A stretch of 64,000 nt of DNA, from positions 21,563 to 85,562 of the forward strand of contig JAYRWT010000044.1 in the NCBI GenBank assembly GCA_041917855.1, read 5' to 3'. Made by a program: the position numbers and the translations under genes. The notes beneath the pieces were generated by a model, which searched no databases, had not been told where the DNA came from, and was given only the letters and a program-made list of their open reading frames with translations. The stretch comes from Patescibacteria group bacterium (lineage in GTDB: Bacteria; Patescibacteriota; UBA1384; CAILIB01). Positions 19,383-27,840 of the stretch are shown piece after piece; position 1 is the stretch's first letter; every line of letters starts with the position of its first letter.

Positions 19383-20165
19383 ATGAAGCCTCACTCTCAC
19401 TCAAAAGTTATTTTAGTTGGTGTTGCAGTTGTGCTGGTCTGTGGCGGCATTGTGGCCTTTACTTCGGGGAGGAAGGATACCAAAACTGGAGGGCAGCAGA
19501 TCGAGCAAGGTACGAGCACAAATACTCAGAGAACTACTGAGCCGAAAGAAGCAGATATTGTACTCAAGAACTTGGGCCTCAGTAGCATTGCGGATAGCAC
19601 GGTGTACACACGCTTTGCCGTGCAGGACTATGCAAGTAATGGCATGAAGGGGCTGTATTTGTTTGGTGATAAGCTACCCGGTAACCGCCTGAATCCTAAC
19701 TTTGAGTTTTCTTCGGTCAAGCAGGACGCGCCGGTGATTGCGGCAATTGACGGCATTGTCGCTTTTATTAAGGAGCAGGCCGAAAGTAAGGATTATGAAG
19801 TATTTCTGCAACCAAAAGATGGTTCAATCTGGACAGTAGGCTATGATCACCTAGTTGGGCTAAAGGTAAAGAGGGGAGACAAAGTAAAGACTGGAGATGT
19901 GCTTGGAACGGCGGCGGTGCAGAACAATGGCCTCTATCGCTTTGAGCTCCAAATCAATAAAGATGTAGCTGGGGTTACAACACACCATTGCCCTGTACTA
20001 TTTTTAGACCCAGCAGTTGCGCCAGGTGTGACAGCTGATCTGTCGGCTACCCAGCAAGCCTGGGAGGCGGTAAAGGGTCAGCAAGATCTGTACAACCCTT
20101 CTACTCAGAGCCCAGTTGGGTGCATAAAGACCACTCTGAGCGTTGCGGAGGCGGAGGGTAGGTAG
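19383..20165 (+). CDS. M23-family fold protein, degenerate active site
   Basis: PVIAAIDGIV, VGYDHL, VKRGDKVKTGDVLG, FELQI and CPV. Confidence 0.65.
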   Translation: MKPHSHSKVILVGVAVVLVCGGIVAFTSGRKDTKTGGQQIEQGTSTNTQRTTEPKEADIVLKNLGLSSIADSTVYTRFAVQDYASNGMKGLYLFGDKLPGNRLNPNFEFSSVKQDAPVIAAIDGIVAFIKEQAESKDYEVFLQPKDGSIWTVGYDHLVGLKVKRGDKVKTGDVLGTAAVQNNGLYRFELQINKDVAGVTTHHCPVLFLDPAVAPGVTADLSATQQAWEAVKGQQDLYNPSTQSPVGCIKTTLSVAEAEGR

Positions 20166-20189
20166 GCTTATAGTAGCACCTAGTAGAGT

Positions 20190-20213
20190 GCCCACCTGGA
20201 AATCCAGGTGGGC
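20190..20213. terminator. Hairpin between convergent genes
   Basis: GCCCACCTGGA..TCCAGGTGGGC perfect inverted repeat. Confidence 0.55.
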
Positions 20214-20222
20214 GGGACGAGG

Positions 20223-20516
20223 TTACTTACCAGGGTCTAGTCCGAGCAGGTGCGCGATTTCTAGAGCGTGGATTGCTGCGATGAGCCTTGTTCTAAAACC
20301 AGGGTTTTGACAAGCAGAGCGCAGCTCCTGTTTTGCTTCGGCTGTTAAGCCACAACCACAAGCTAGGCCTATGGCAATGGCGAGCGCCCATTGTTCGGCA
20401 GTCAGGCTTTCTTGCTGCTTTGCTAGAACAGCTTCCTCAGTGACACGTGCATGGAGTCGTCCTCGCTGGAATAGTCCAAGGAGGTACACGTACAGTTTGT
20501 TTACCAGTTTATTCAT
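20223..20516 (-). CDS. Hypothetical protein
   Basis: 97-aa ATG ORF ending at the hairpin; no recognised motif. Confidence 0.45.
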   Translation of the reverse strand: MNKLVNKLYVYLLGLFQRGRLHARVTEEAVLAKQQESLTAEQWALAIAIGLACGCGLTAEAKQELRSACQNPGFRTRLIAAIHALEIAHLLGLDPGK

Positions 20517-20880
20517 CTTCAGTCTCGCTGTCCTGTAAGGACTTTGAAAACTGCTAGTGAATCCTGATTTACATGCTGGCGCGCTGTATCACTCCTACCT
20601 CATATGAGGGTGTGTGTTTTCTGATTCTCACTCGTTTTTTCAGTCCTTGCGGACACACAGACGATACCAAAAAGCTACTAGCTAGCCTAGTATCTGTATC
20701 CCCGTTGAGGGAGCCCGACGAGAGCAGGTAGTGGATAAAAGTTTTAATCCGTGGCTGCTGGCAGTCGATGTTATGGTAAAAACGTGGCCAAAGTTCGTTC
20801 TTACAAGGATTATCCTGAGTAGATTGATGTATATGTTGGCTCTAGATAATATAGAAGCATAGATAAAATAAACTATTCTT

Positions 20881-21273
20881 ATGGAAAACATGTCTATGAA
20901 TTGGCTTGCCATCTTTCTCGCGGCGCTATCTGCCTTTTTAGTCGGAGGTATTTGGTACTCCGCACTTTTTGCTAAAAGCTGGCAGCGTTTGGCGGGAGTA
21001 TCAGACGATCAGATGAAAACCGGTATGGCCAAAATATTTATTGGGTCATTTGTATTGTCGCTCATCATGTCGGTAAACCTAGGCTTTTTCATCGGAAAAG
21101 AAAGTGCCATTTTTGGACTAGGAGCAGGACTGGCCGTTGGGTTGGGGTGGGTAGCTACTTCGTTCGGTATGAACTACTTATTTGAACGTAAGCCAGTTGG
21201 ATTATTTCTTATAAATGCGGGATACAACATTGTCTCCTACGCGCTGATGGGATTTATTTTGGGTGCGTTTTAA
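20881..21273 (+). CDS. DUF1761-family membrane protein
   Basis: NWLAIFLAAL..GGIWYS..FAKSW and NYLFERKP..FLINAGY. Confidence 0.85.
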   Translation: MENMSMNWLAIFLAALSAFLVGGIWYSALFAKSWQRLAGVSDDQMKTGMAKIFIGSFVLSLIMSVNLGFFIGKESAIFGLGAGLAVGLGWVATSFGMNYLFERKPVGLFLINAGYNIVSYALMGFILGAF

Positions 21274-21530
21274 TTCAGGGGTTTGCTGCAGATTTATAGC
21301 GTTCTGCTCCTCGCAATCTAACAAGGTTAGGGAGCTTTTTGCTCGATCTGTGATAGTGCGGTATTGCTGACCAGTAGTTTCTGCCAGGGTGGCACAGTCT
21401 AAGTTCGATAGGTGCACGGCTTTTGACTGTGACGGTCTAATGTATGTTTGGTTATTTGGCACTTCTATGTATGCACATACCACATCGCAGGCATCACGGC
21501 TCAAAATTAAACCTTGCAAATAGCGCAAAG

Positions 21531-21560
21531 AAAAAAGCACAGCGACGATTGTCGCTGTGC
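21531..21560 (-). terminator. Intrinsic terminator of the 23297-21581 unit
   Basis: GCACAGCGAC-AATC-GTCGCTGTGC followed by TTTTTT on the minus strand. Confidence 0.8.
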
Positions 21561-21580
21561 CGAGAGGGTCGGTGACTGCG

Positions 21581-21754
21581 CTACGCTTCTCGAGGGATTC
21601 GCGTACTGCAGCCAGTTGACGTTCCTTCTGTGCCTGCCCGCTCTGCCATGATGGTATCCACCATCTTTGCCAGTTTCGGGTGGTTGGTCTTGATTGCTTC
21701 GGGAGTCATGCTACCGAGCAACTTTTCAACTTGCTTTCTTTTATTTTGCGCCAT
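21581..21754 (-). CDS. 57-aa peptide missing from the ORF track (candidate precursor peptide)
   Basis: MAQNKRKQVEKLLGSMTPEAIKTNHPKLAKMVDTIMAERAGTEGTSTGCSTRIPREA; GAGGAG 5 nt upstream, overlaps the upstream stop, terminator downstream. Confidence 0.65.
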   Translation of the reverse strand: MAQNKRKQVEKLLGSMTPEAIKTNHPKLAKMVDTIMAERAGTEGTSTGCSTRIPREA

Positions 21755-23297
21755 TGGATCTCCTCAAAACAGGATGCAGCATTGTTGGCTTCAGTGAGCC
21801 AAAATGCTTTCGGGCATTTTCCTGTGCGTTTCTGACTGATAGCAAGCTACTTGCATCAGGTGATTGAGTTATACCAGAATTACCAAGATCACACCAGAGT
21901 GCCTGGCTGGTGAACATGCACAGTAACTCGGGGGATAACCGAGCGCGAATAGCTGTAGTCGCCGCATGTGCAGCCGCCATTCCCAAGTATGCCATTGAAT
22001 CGGCACAAATCTCTAAACAGGCATGGCCAGGGCTATTCTGGTACTGAATCTCAGATACCTCATCAGCCACAAAACGCAACAGCCTTGTGAGATCGGTGCT
22101 TCGCTTCTTAGGGCTCCTAGCAAGCTGTTCAACAATCGAAGCGCCTAATGACGAATCGATCATGTAGCGTGAAAGGAAAAACTCGAGCTGCGAATCATCT
22201 TGGGCGACGCGGGTTGCTCTCTTGGCAATAGCCGCAAACAAGTTATCCTGATGAGTTGCTGATATCCCATGCGTCTCAGAAATATCCCACCGGCGCATCC
22301 TTCTGTGGAAGTTTCTCCTTACTCGATGGTAGAGTGCTTCCGATCCAAAAGATCTGGTGTCAGTCATAACCGGTACGCAGAGGCCTGGATGGCAGCTACG
22401 CACAGACTCCAGATTGTCAGTCATTGCGGTTAAGCAATGACCGCTATCGAGATATCGGGCAACTCCCTGAAATGGATCCAGGCATGCCCAAATATTGCGC
22501 TCTCGATCAAGCTCAACTAGCACGCAGTAGTGGAGCATGCGTTGGAATGTATCTTCCGCTAGTGCCTCACCCCACTTTGTGCGCATTCCATCAATTTCTT
22601 TTGTTGAAAAAATTGCTGAAAAATTACACATGTAGGTGTACATACTCTGACGGGCGCCTACCAAGATTGCTCGATCACATTCTTGTTCTCCGGCAACCAC
22701 CAACGCAAGGTGATGGCGAAAGCCAAGCTTGGCTAGTACCGCAAGGCAGATCACGGCAAATCCGAGGCAATTTGGCATTTGAAGTGCAGAAAACCGGTAG
22801 GGGTTAACACGATCAAATGAATCAGGCTTATGAATACTTTCAAAGCCATGTCTTCTGAGTTTTGTGTAGATGTCCCAGCATTCTTTAGGAACTCCTTGAA
22901 GGAATTTTTCATTCAGACACTCATACAATCCCTCTAACATCCCATACAGGTATGAGAACAAGTCTTCAGGGCTGAGGGCTTGTTGCGCGGCTGTGGGTAA
23001 AGAGGAGATACGCTGTCTTTGCTGATCCTTCTTAAGGGTTCTGACTGCAAGGTTGCTGATTGATAAGAGCGATCCCACCAAGCAGTTTCCTAAATGTCTG
23101 TAGCAAGTTACCAACGATGTGGTTTCGGAGTTGGATAATATCTGTGCTCCTGTGTAGGTTTGGTGAGTAATCTCACCACACAAGCGCCATAGTTCAACTG
23201 GTGATGGAAGAGGTTTGATGTGACGACGATTACCAGTGAGCAGTCCAAGTCGAACCGCTTCTCTGGTGAGAATGTGTGTAGGTTCTAGTGGTTGCAT
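21741..23297 (-). CDS. Large hypothetical protein with a transglutaminase-like Cys-His-Asp pattern
   Basis: PNCLGFAVICLAVL, LHYCVLVE and WACLDPFQG in triad order; start taken at MQPLEP. Confidence 0.55.
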   Translation of the reverse strand: MQPLEPTHILTREAVRLGLLTGNRRHIKPLPSPVELWRLCGEITHQTYTGAQILSNSETTSLVTCYRHLGNCLVGSLLSISNLAVRTLKKDQQRQRISSLPTAAQQALSPEDLFSYLYGMLEGLYECLNEKFLQGVPKECWDIYTKLRRHGFESIHKPDSFDRVNPYRFSALQMPNCLGFAVICLAVLAKLGFRHHLALVVAGEQECDRAILVGARQSMYTYMCNFSAIFSTKEIDGMRTKWGEALAEDTFQRMLHYCVLVELDRERNIWACLDPFQGVARYLDSGHCLTAMTDNLESVRSCHPGLCVPVMTDTRSFGSEALYHRVRRNFHRRMRRWDISETHGISATHQDNLFAAIAKRATRVAQDDSQLEFFLSRYMIDSSLGASIVEQLARSPKKRSTDLTRLLRFVADEVSEIQYQNSPGHACLEICADSMAYLGMAAAHAATTAIRARLSPELLCMFTSQALWCDLGNSGITQSPDASSLLSVRNAQENARKHFGSLKPTMLHPVLRRSNGAK

Positions 23298-23398
23298 TGT
23301 TAAGTTCCGATGTGTCGGCACAATACCAGGTTTGTAACAATTTGTCACGTAAGGAGGGGGCGACTGTACGATTAACGTAATAGAGGTCTCGTATATCA

Positions 23399-23443
23399 TT
23401 GACAAATTACTGCTGTATGGTACATTTGCGCCGTTCTTTAACA
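23399..23443 (+). promoter_or_regulatory. Sigma70 promoter followed by a boxA-like element
   Basis: TTGACA-N16-TACATT, then GTTCTTTAACA at 23433-23443. Confidence 0.55.
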
Positions 23444-23555
23444 AGGAAGATTAAGAAGAGCTTCGGGGAAATATGACGTATTTCTCGGTAGTTCTTCTTA
23501 ATCATGAGAAGACCTGGATCCCGCGGAACACTACCGCAAGGAGAAGTGACCCACA

Positions 23556-24224
23556 ATGAGTGAAGTCACCCTCAATCCCGATCTTGCCAACTGCGCTGCT
23601 GACTACGCTCGCCGATGCGAAAGTATCGGAGGCGAACGTCATAAGATCATAGATCTTCAGCATGCGATGAGTCACCCCCAGTTCAAAGAACGGCATCACG
23701 CCTTGCTGAACGAACTGGCTAATGAATACCGCCAAAGGCTTCCGTTGCTCGAGCGGCCTGCTCGATTCACCCTGAAACTCGGCGTCTATGGCACCAAAGA
23801 GAACATGCTCAAGTCTGTCACAGACAAAGGCCACAAGTTCACATATTGCGCCACACGCGTGATTGCCAGCGACCGGTTTCTGATGTTGGATGCGCCCGGA
23901 GAATACGAATTCATCCAGACCACCGCCAAGGAAGTGAGTGGCAAGAACAGCCCGACCATCACAGAGCTACGCAAAGCCATGCATCGTCTTGGTTTCATTG
24001 ATGCTCCTCACGAATCGGCTCCAGCCATTCGTGAGATCTATAACGACCAGCCCATGGACGAATGGTGCGCTGTTCTCAGCAAGCCAATAGCGGACTCTAA
24101 TGGTGACGCGAACATTCTCAACGTGGCACGGCACTCTGGCGGTTCTTGTGTGGGCAGGTACTTTGCCCATCGTGGCCTTGATTGGGATGGTGATACTCTG
24201 CTTCTGGTCTGCCGCAAGCTTTAG
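23556..24224 (+). CDS. Hypothetical protein
   Basis: 222-aa ORF with AAGGAG upstream, its own promoter and downstream hairpins. Confidence 0.65.
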   Translation: MSEVTLNPDLANCAADYARRCESIGGERHKIIDLQHAMSHPQFKERHHALLNELANEYRQRLPLLERPARFTLKLGVYGTKENMLKSVTDKGHKFTYCATRVIASDRFLMLDAPGEYEFIQTTAKEVSGKNSPTITELRKAMHRLGFIDAPHESAPAIREIYNDQPMDEWCAVLSKPIADSNGDANILNVARHSGGSCVGRYFAHRGLDWDGDTLLLVCRKL

Positions 24225-24345
24225 TGCTCGGCTTAGGCCCTTTGTCTTTTCGATTCCTTGTGCTTTTGCATGGGGCCGCTCCTTGAGCGGCTCTATTTTT
24301 TTCTCAAAAATCAGGTAACACGGTCTGGGTGGAGCCTCCCTATAC

Positions 24346-24387
24346 AAAAGAAATACCGCCAGACCTTGCGGCCTGACGGCATTTCTT
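24346..24387 (-). terminator. Terminator after tRNA-Trp
   Basis: AAGAAATGCCGTCAGGCC-GCAA-GGTCTGGCGGTATTTCTTT on the minus strand. Confidence 0.7.
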
Positions 24388-24461
24388 TGGCAGGGGCACT
24401 AGGAATCGAACCTAGAACAAGGGTTTTGGAGACCCGTGTGATACCACTTCACCATACCCCT
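24388..24461 (-). tRNA. tRNA-Trp (CCA)
   Basis: AGGGGTA..CGGGT-CTCCAAA-ACCC..GGTTCGATTCC..CCCCTGCCA cloverleaf. Confidence 0.95.
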
Positions 24462-24587
24462 ACAACGTTCGAAGTATACCAAATCATTTCCACTCTTTCC
24501 AGGTCTGTCGCGCTAAAACAAATCTACCACTAGATAAGAAATCAGGGCCAATCCTGAATAGAAAAGGCCCTGTGCTGACGAGTGTTG

Positions 24588-24869
24588 CTAAACCTCAGCT
24601 GGCTGGGGCTCGGCTTTGAGTAGTGTTCTGATTTGTTGCAAGACCACTGGGTAATTTCTCCCTGTGATTGTGTGCGTTGAGCCGTCTGACTCTAGAACCA
24701 CCTTTGCCTCAATTGATCGAACATACTGGCTGTCGGCAAGTCCGTCGCACCAGAAGCGGTTTTGCCCATCCTCTTGCAAGAAAACTCCCTGGTTTTTGTA
24801 GTGCGCGACCCCTGCTGGGGTGAGTTGGCTACGATAGTCCACATGCTGGACTCCCTGTATCTTTTCCAT
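24588..24869 (-). CDS. Hypothetical protein
   Basis: 93-aa ATG ORF between rpmG and tRNA-Trp. Confidence 0.5.
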   Translation of the reverse strand: MEKIQGVQHVDYRSQLTPAGVAHYKNQGVFLQEDGQNRFWCDGLADSQYVRSIEAKVVLESDGSTHTITGRNYPVVLQQIRTLLKAEPQPAEV

Positions 24870-24964
24870 AGCAGAAAATTTATACCAGATTTCTACAACT
24901 AAGCCAAGCAACATACCAAAAAGACCGACGTAGGCCGGTCGTAATGGCTGCAGGGCAAGGGAGG

Positions 24965-25135
24965 CTACTTTACCTCTTTGAACCAGACGTACTTTTTGAC
25001 GTCAGGAGCAAAACGCTTCAGGCGTAGCTTCTCTTTGTTGTTTACCTTGTTGCGCTCAGTTTGGAAACGGTGCTTAGACTCTTTCTTGTCTTCGGCAGCC
25101 ATCCAAACCCAGCTGCGATTGCCTTTCTTGGCCAT
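24965..25135 (-). CDS. rpmG: 50S ribosomal protein L33 (cysteine-free type)
   Basis: Manual translation MAKKGNRSWVWM..RNKVNNKEKLRLKRFAPDVKKYVWFKEVK; located in the tRNA-Thr/Tyr/Trp context. Confidence 0.9.
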   Translation of the reverse strand: MAKKGNRSWVWMAAEDKKESKHRFQTERNKVNNKEKLRLKRFAPDVKKYVWFKEVK

Positions 25136-25170
25136 GGTCGGAGGGTGGTGAATAAAATATGGTTGCTAGT

Positions 25171-25256
25171 TGGTGGGCAGACTAGGATTCGAACCTAGGT
25201 AGGCGTATGCCAAGAGATTTACAGTCTCCCCTCGTTGACCGCTTGAGTATCTGCCC
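25171..25256 (-). tRNA. tRNA-Tyr (GTA)
   Basis: GGGCAGA..GGAGA-CTGTAAA-TCTC, long variable arm, GGTTCGAATCC and CCA end. Confidence 0.95.
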
Positions 25257-25273
25257 ATATGCAACTTGTTATT

Positions 25274-25348
25274 TGGAGCCCCTTCAGAGAATCGAACTCT
25301 GCTCTATAGTTTACAAAACTACCGCTCTAACCACTGAGCTAAAGGGGC
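25274..25348 (-). tRNA. tRNA-Thr (TGT)
   Basis: GCCCCTT-TAGCTCAGTGG..GTAGT-TTTGTAA-ACTAT..GTTCGATTC..GGGGCTCCA. Confidence 0.9.
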
Positions 25349-25746
25349 AACGATCTGCGTTGCTGTCTGCCTCGACCCCTATTAAGATTCCGAAATGTGG
25401 GGGTTAATGAGTGACAGTTCGGACAAACAAGCCGTAGGTTCTCTGGTCTACTGTTCTGGTGATCACCATTGATGTGGTCGACCTCCAGTGGGACTTTGCC
25501 TGTGATAGGATTACGTTCCTGCCAATTGCAGAGTGAACAGCGCTCACCATGCTGTTCTAGAAGATAGCGCTTAATAGAGTATGAAACTCCACTCGCTGCT
25601 GTACCTTCTAACTTCCCACAAAGCCAGTCAGAAATCCTATTGGCATACTGAAATGCTTGCTGGCAACTCAAGCTGCAGTATACTGCGGGGGTTCGTTTAA
25701 CGGGCTTGCCACAGTTTTTACACAAATTTCGTACTTTTCTAGGCAT
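25339..25746 (-). CDS. HNH endonuclease with an N-terminal zinc finger
   Basis: CKNC..YCSLSC, then CSLC..LEVDHINGD..NLRLVCPNCH. Confidence 0.88.
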   Translation of the reverse strand: MPRKVRNLCKNCGKPVKRTPAVYCSLSCQQAFQYANRISDWLCGKLEGTAASGVSYSIKRYLLEQHGERCSLCNWQERNPITGKVPLEVDHINGDHQNSRPENLRLVCPNCHSLTPTFRNLNRGRGRQQRRSLPL

Positions 25747-25814
25747 AGTTTATGTATCAGATTAAACTGATTCGCCAAGAATTGTCCGATGTCGTTGAAA
25801 AGGTGCGATTTTTC

Positions 25815-25890
25815 TGGAGCCCTTGACCGGGATTGAACCGGTGACCTCTTCCTTACCATGGAAACGCTCTACCAACTGAGCTACAAGGGC
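25815..25890 (-). tRNA. tRNA-Thr (GGT)
   Basis: GCCCTTG-TAGCTCAGTTGG..TTTCC-ATGGTAA-GGAAG..GGTTCAATCCC..AGGGCTCCA. Confidence 0.93.
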
Positions 25891-25893
25891 TTG

Positions 25894-26032
25894 AGTGAGG
25901 AACATGCGAAAACTTGTTTTCGTATGTTCCGAGCGAGAGCCTGCGCGTCGCTGAAGGCGACGCAAGGGCGCTAACCCGAAATGAGCGAATGAGCTTTTGC
26001 GGTGCGAAGCAGCGCAAGGGCAATATCTCACT
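25894..26032 (+). repeat. Multi-hairpin REP/MITE-like element
   Basis: AGTGAG/CTCACT encloses three hairpins, including a 15-bp stem and a GCGAAGC mini-hairpin. Confidence 0.5.
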
Positions 26033-26250
26033 ACTACAACAGGTACGCAACGTTCAATTGCAGCAGGACTACTATACATAAAATCTCAGGTCTGGGCAAG
26101 TTACACAGTGCCACTACGCACTAAAGACCATACCTGAGCCACAAAGGGGAGTGCTGACAAGCTCCTCCCACATGGGCTAGGTGAGGCAGGCTTGCAGCGT
26201 CTTGAGTTCCTCACGTATACTATAGGGTGTAATCATATCAAAGGAGGAGA

Positions 26251-26841
26251 GTGCCTAGCTACGCCGATCCCACAATTGTACAGCTCGACGAAAAACCACG
26301 GGTCGCACCTGCAGCCTATATTGTACTTGTGGCTGGTATCCTCTCCGTGCTTGCTGCGCTTGGCTTCATGGTCATGTCTATGATCACGCAAAATAAGGCC
26401 AAGGATCTTCAAACCCAAATCTCAGCCGCTCAAGCTCAACTCAGGGCACTTGAGCCAACTGCAAATGAGCTAACTAAGCTCGATCGTCAGGCAACCAACC
26501 TGCATACTCTCTTCGACAATCAAAAAGAGTGGCAATTTGTGTTCAACCACATTGAAAACAGCCTATATAAAAATATGAAAATTAGCCGCGTCGCACTCGA
26601 CGACAGGGCAAAATTCACCCTTGGAGGTACCACTAAGAGCTACGTAGACTACGCCAAAATCTACCAAAGCCTTACTGATGATGTTGGCAAAACATTCTAC
26701 TCCAGTGTCAGGCCGGCTAGCATAACTCGCATAAATGCCACAGATGGCAGTGTAGATAGCGTGCAGTTCACCTTTGATCTCGTCTTGCAGCCGAGCGTCT
26801 TAAATGCGCGCAAGAACTACGTACCACCGCAAGCAAAATAA
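26251..26841 (+). CDS. PilN-like type IV pilus alignment protein
   Basis: TM helix, coiled coil and ferredoxin-like C-terminal domain; AAAGGAGG site; first gene of the pilus cluster. Confidence 0.6.
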   Translation: MPSYADPTIVQLDEKPRVAPAAYIVLVAGILSVLAALGFMVMSMITQNKAKDLQTQISAAQAQLRALEPTANELTKLDRQATNLHTLFDNQKEWQFVFNHIENSLYKNMKISRVALDDRAKFTLGGTTKSYVDYAKIYQSLTDDVGKTFYSSVRPASITRINATDGSVDSVQFTFDLVLQPSVLNARKNYVPPQAK

Positions 26842-26845
26842 AGAT

Positions 26846-27505
26846 ATGGCCGCAGCAAAAAACCCAACTCAGCAAACTGCACTCATCGGCTTTCTTTTAG
26901 TCATCCTAGGCTTTGCGTTGGTCTTTTATATTTTTTCGCCGCAGTTAATTACCGCTCGCACGGAATATGAGACACGACGCGCAGAGCTGCAAGGCTATAA
27001 GAAAGATGTCGAAACCCTGCAAAGTGCCAGCAAAAAGCTAGAAAGCGCTAAGGCTGCGCTCGTTGCGGCAGGTGTTAAGCTTGAGAATTCTTCAATAGTC
27101 GTTCCCAAAACAGAGAATGTTCCAGATCTCTACCTGCAAATGGAAGACCTTGTTGCACGTACTAAGTTTTACGTAAGTGACACTACGTATCTAATTGGTC
27201 AGCCCGCCGGTACAGCAGCAACAGCAGAAGGCGCTACAAAATCTGAGGTGACTATTCCAGTTACAGTTAGTTTTGTCGCGACGTACCCAGCACTCAAGGC
27301 GTTTATTCAAGAAATGCAGGTTAACACTCGTCCACTTAGCATTACGCAGGTCACCATGAATGAAATTGCTAAGACCACCGCTAAGGCAACTGGGCCAAAT
27401 GATGCGCCAACCAAATCGTATCCAGATGGCAGCTTTGCCGTAACACTTACCGCCTTTGCCCGAGCCGAAGCTCTATCTTCTGCATACGGTGGAGGAACTA
27501 ACTAG
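26846..27505 (+). CDS. PilO-like protein
   Basis: TM helix, coiled coil, VPKTENVPDL and ATYPALKAFIQEM..RPLSI. Confidence 0.7.
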   Translation: MAAAKNPTQQTALIGFLLVILGFALVFYIFSPQLITARTEYETRRAELQGYKKDVETLQSASKKLESAKAALVAAGVKLENSSIVVPKTENVPDLYLQMEDLVARTKFYVSDTTYLIGQPAGTAATAEGATKSEVTIPVTVSFVATYPALKAFIQEMQVNTRPLSITQVTMNEIAKTTAKATGPNDAPTKSYPDGSFAVTLTAFARAEALSSAYGGGTN

Positions 27506-27509
27506 GCAT

Positions 27510-27833
27510 ATGGCTAAACCAATTTCTGCACAAACAATCTGGTCTATCATGTCGGCACTGGTAGTTGTACTGGTGGGCGGTGGTATGGCCTATATGTTTT
27601 TTGTAACAGCGGCAGTGCCCGAGATTCAGCCCCAGCCAAAGCAATTTGCCACCAATGCCATTACCGAGCTCACACGCGACGCTGATCTAACGGGTTTGGA
27701 AAAATTTTCCTCAAATGTCTTCTTTAAGACTACCAAGATGCGAGCCTTGCCAGTCCCTTACGATGGTAAGCCCGCAGTTCCGTACAACCGTACTACGGAG
27801 TTTGGTAAATCAGATCTGAGTTCAGATAAGTAG
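27510..27833 (+). CDS. Small membrane-anchored protein in the PilP position
   Basis: One TM helix; lies between the pilO-like gene and pilB. Confidence 0.5.
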   Translation: MAKPISAQTIWSIMSALVVVLVGGGMAYMFFVTAAVPEIQPQPKQFATNAITELTRDADLTGLEKFSSNVFFKTTKMRALPVPYDGKPAVPYNRTTEFGKSDLSSDK

Positions 27834-27840
27834 GTCGCAG

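Noticed and set aside
21202-21640. Frameshifted reading of the 57-aa peptide (..ER-QAQKERQLAAVRESLEKRS..) running into the 112-aa ORF
   Set aside because: That frame would read through a strong terminator and overlap the DUF1761 gene; it cannot be fully excluded without reads.
20200-24388. Integrated element at the tRNA-Trp 3' end
   Set aside because: No integrase, and no duplicated tRNA 3' end (att site) found by eye.
25339-26032. HNH plus structured RNA as an IscB/HEARO-type RNA-guided system
   Set aside because: The protein is only 135 aa with no RuvC or PLMP motifs, and the palindrome is separated from it by a tRNA and folds on the other strand.
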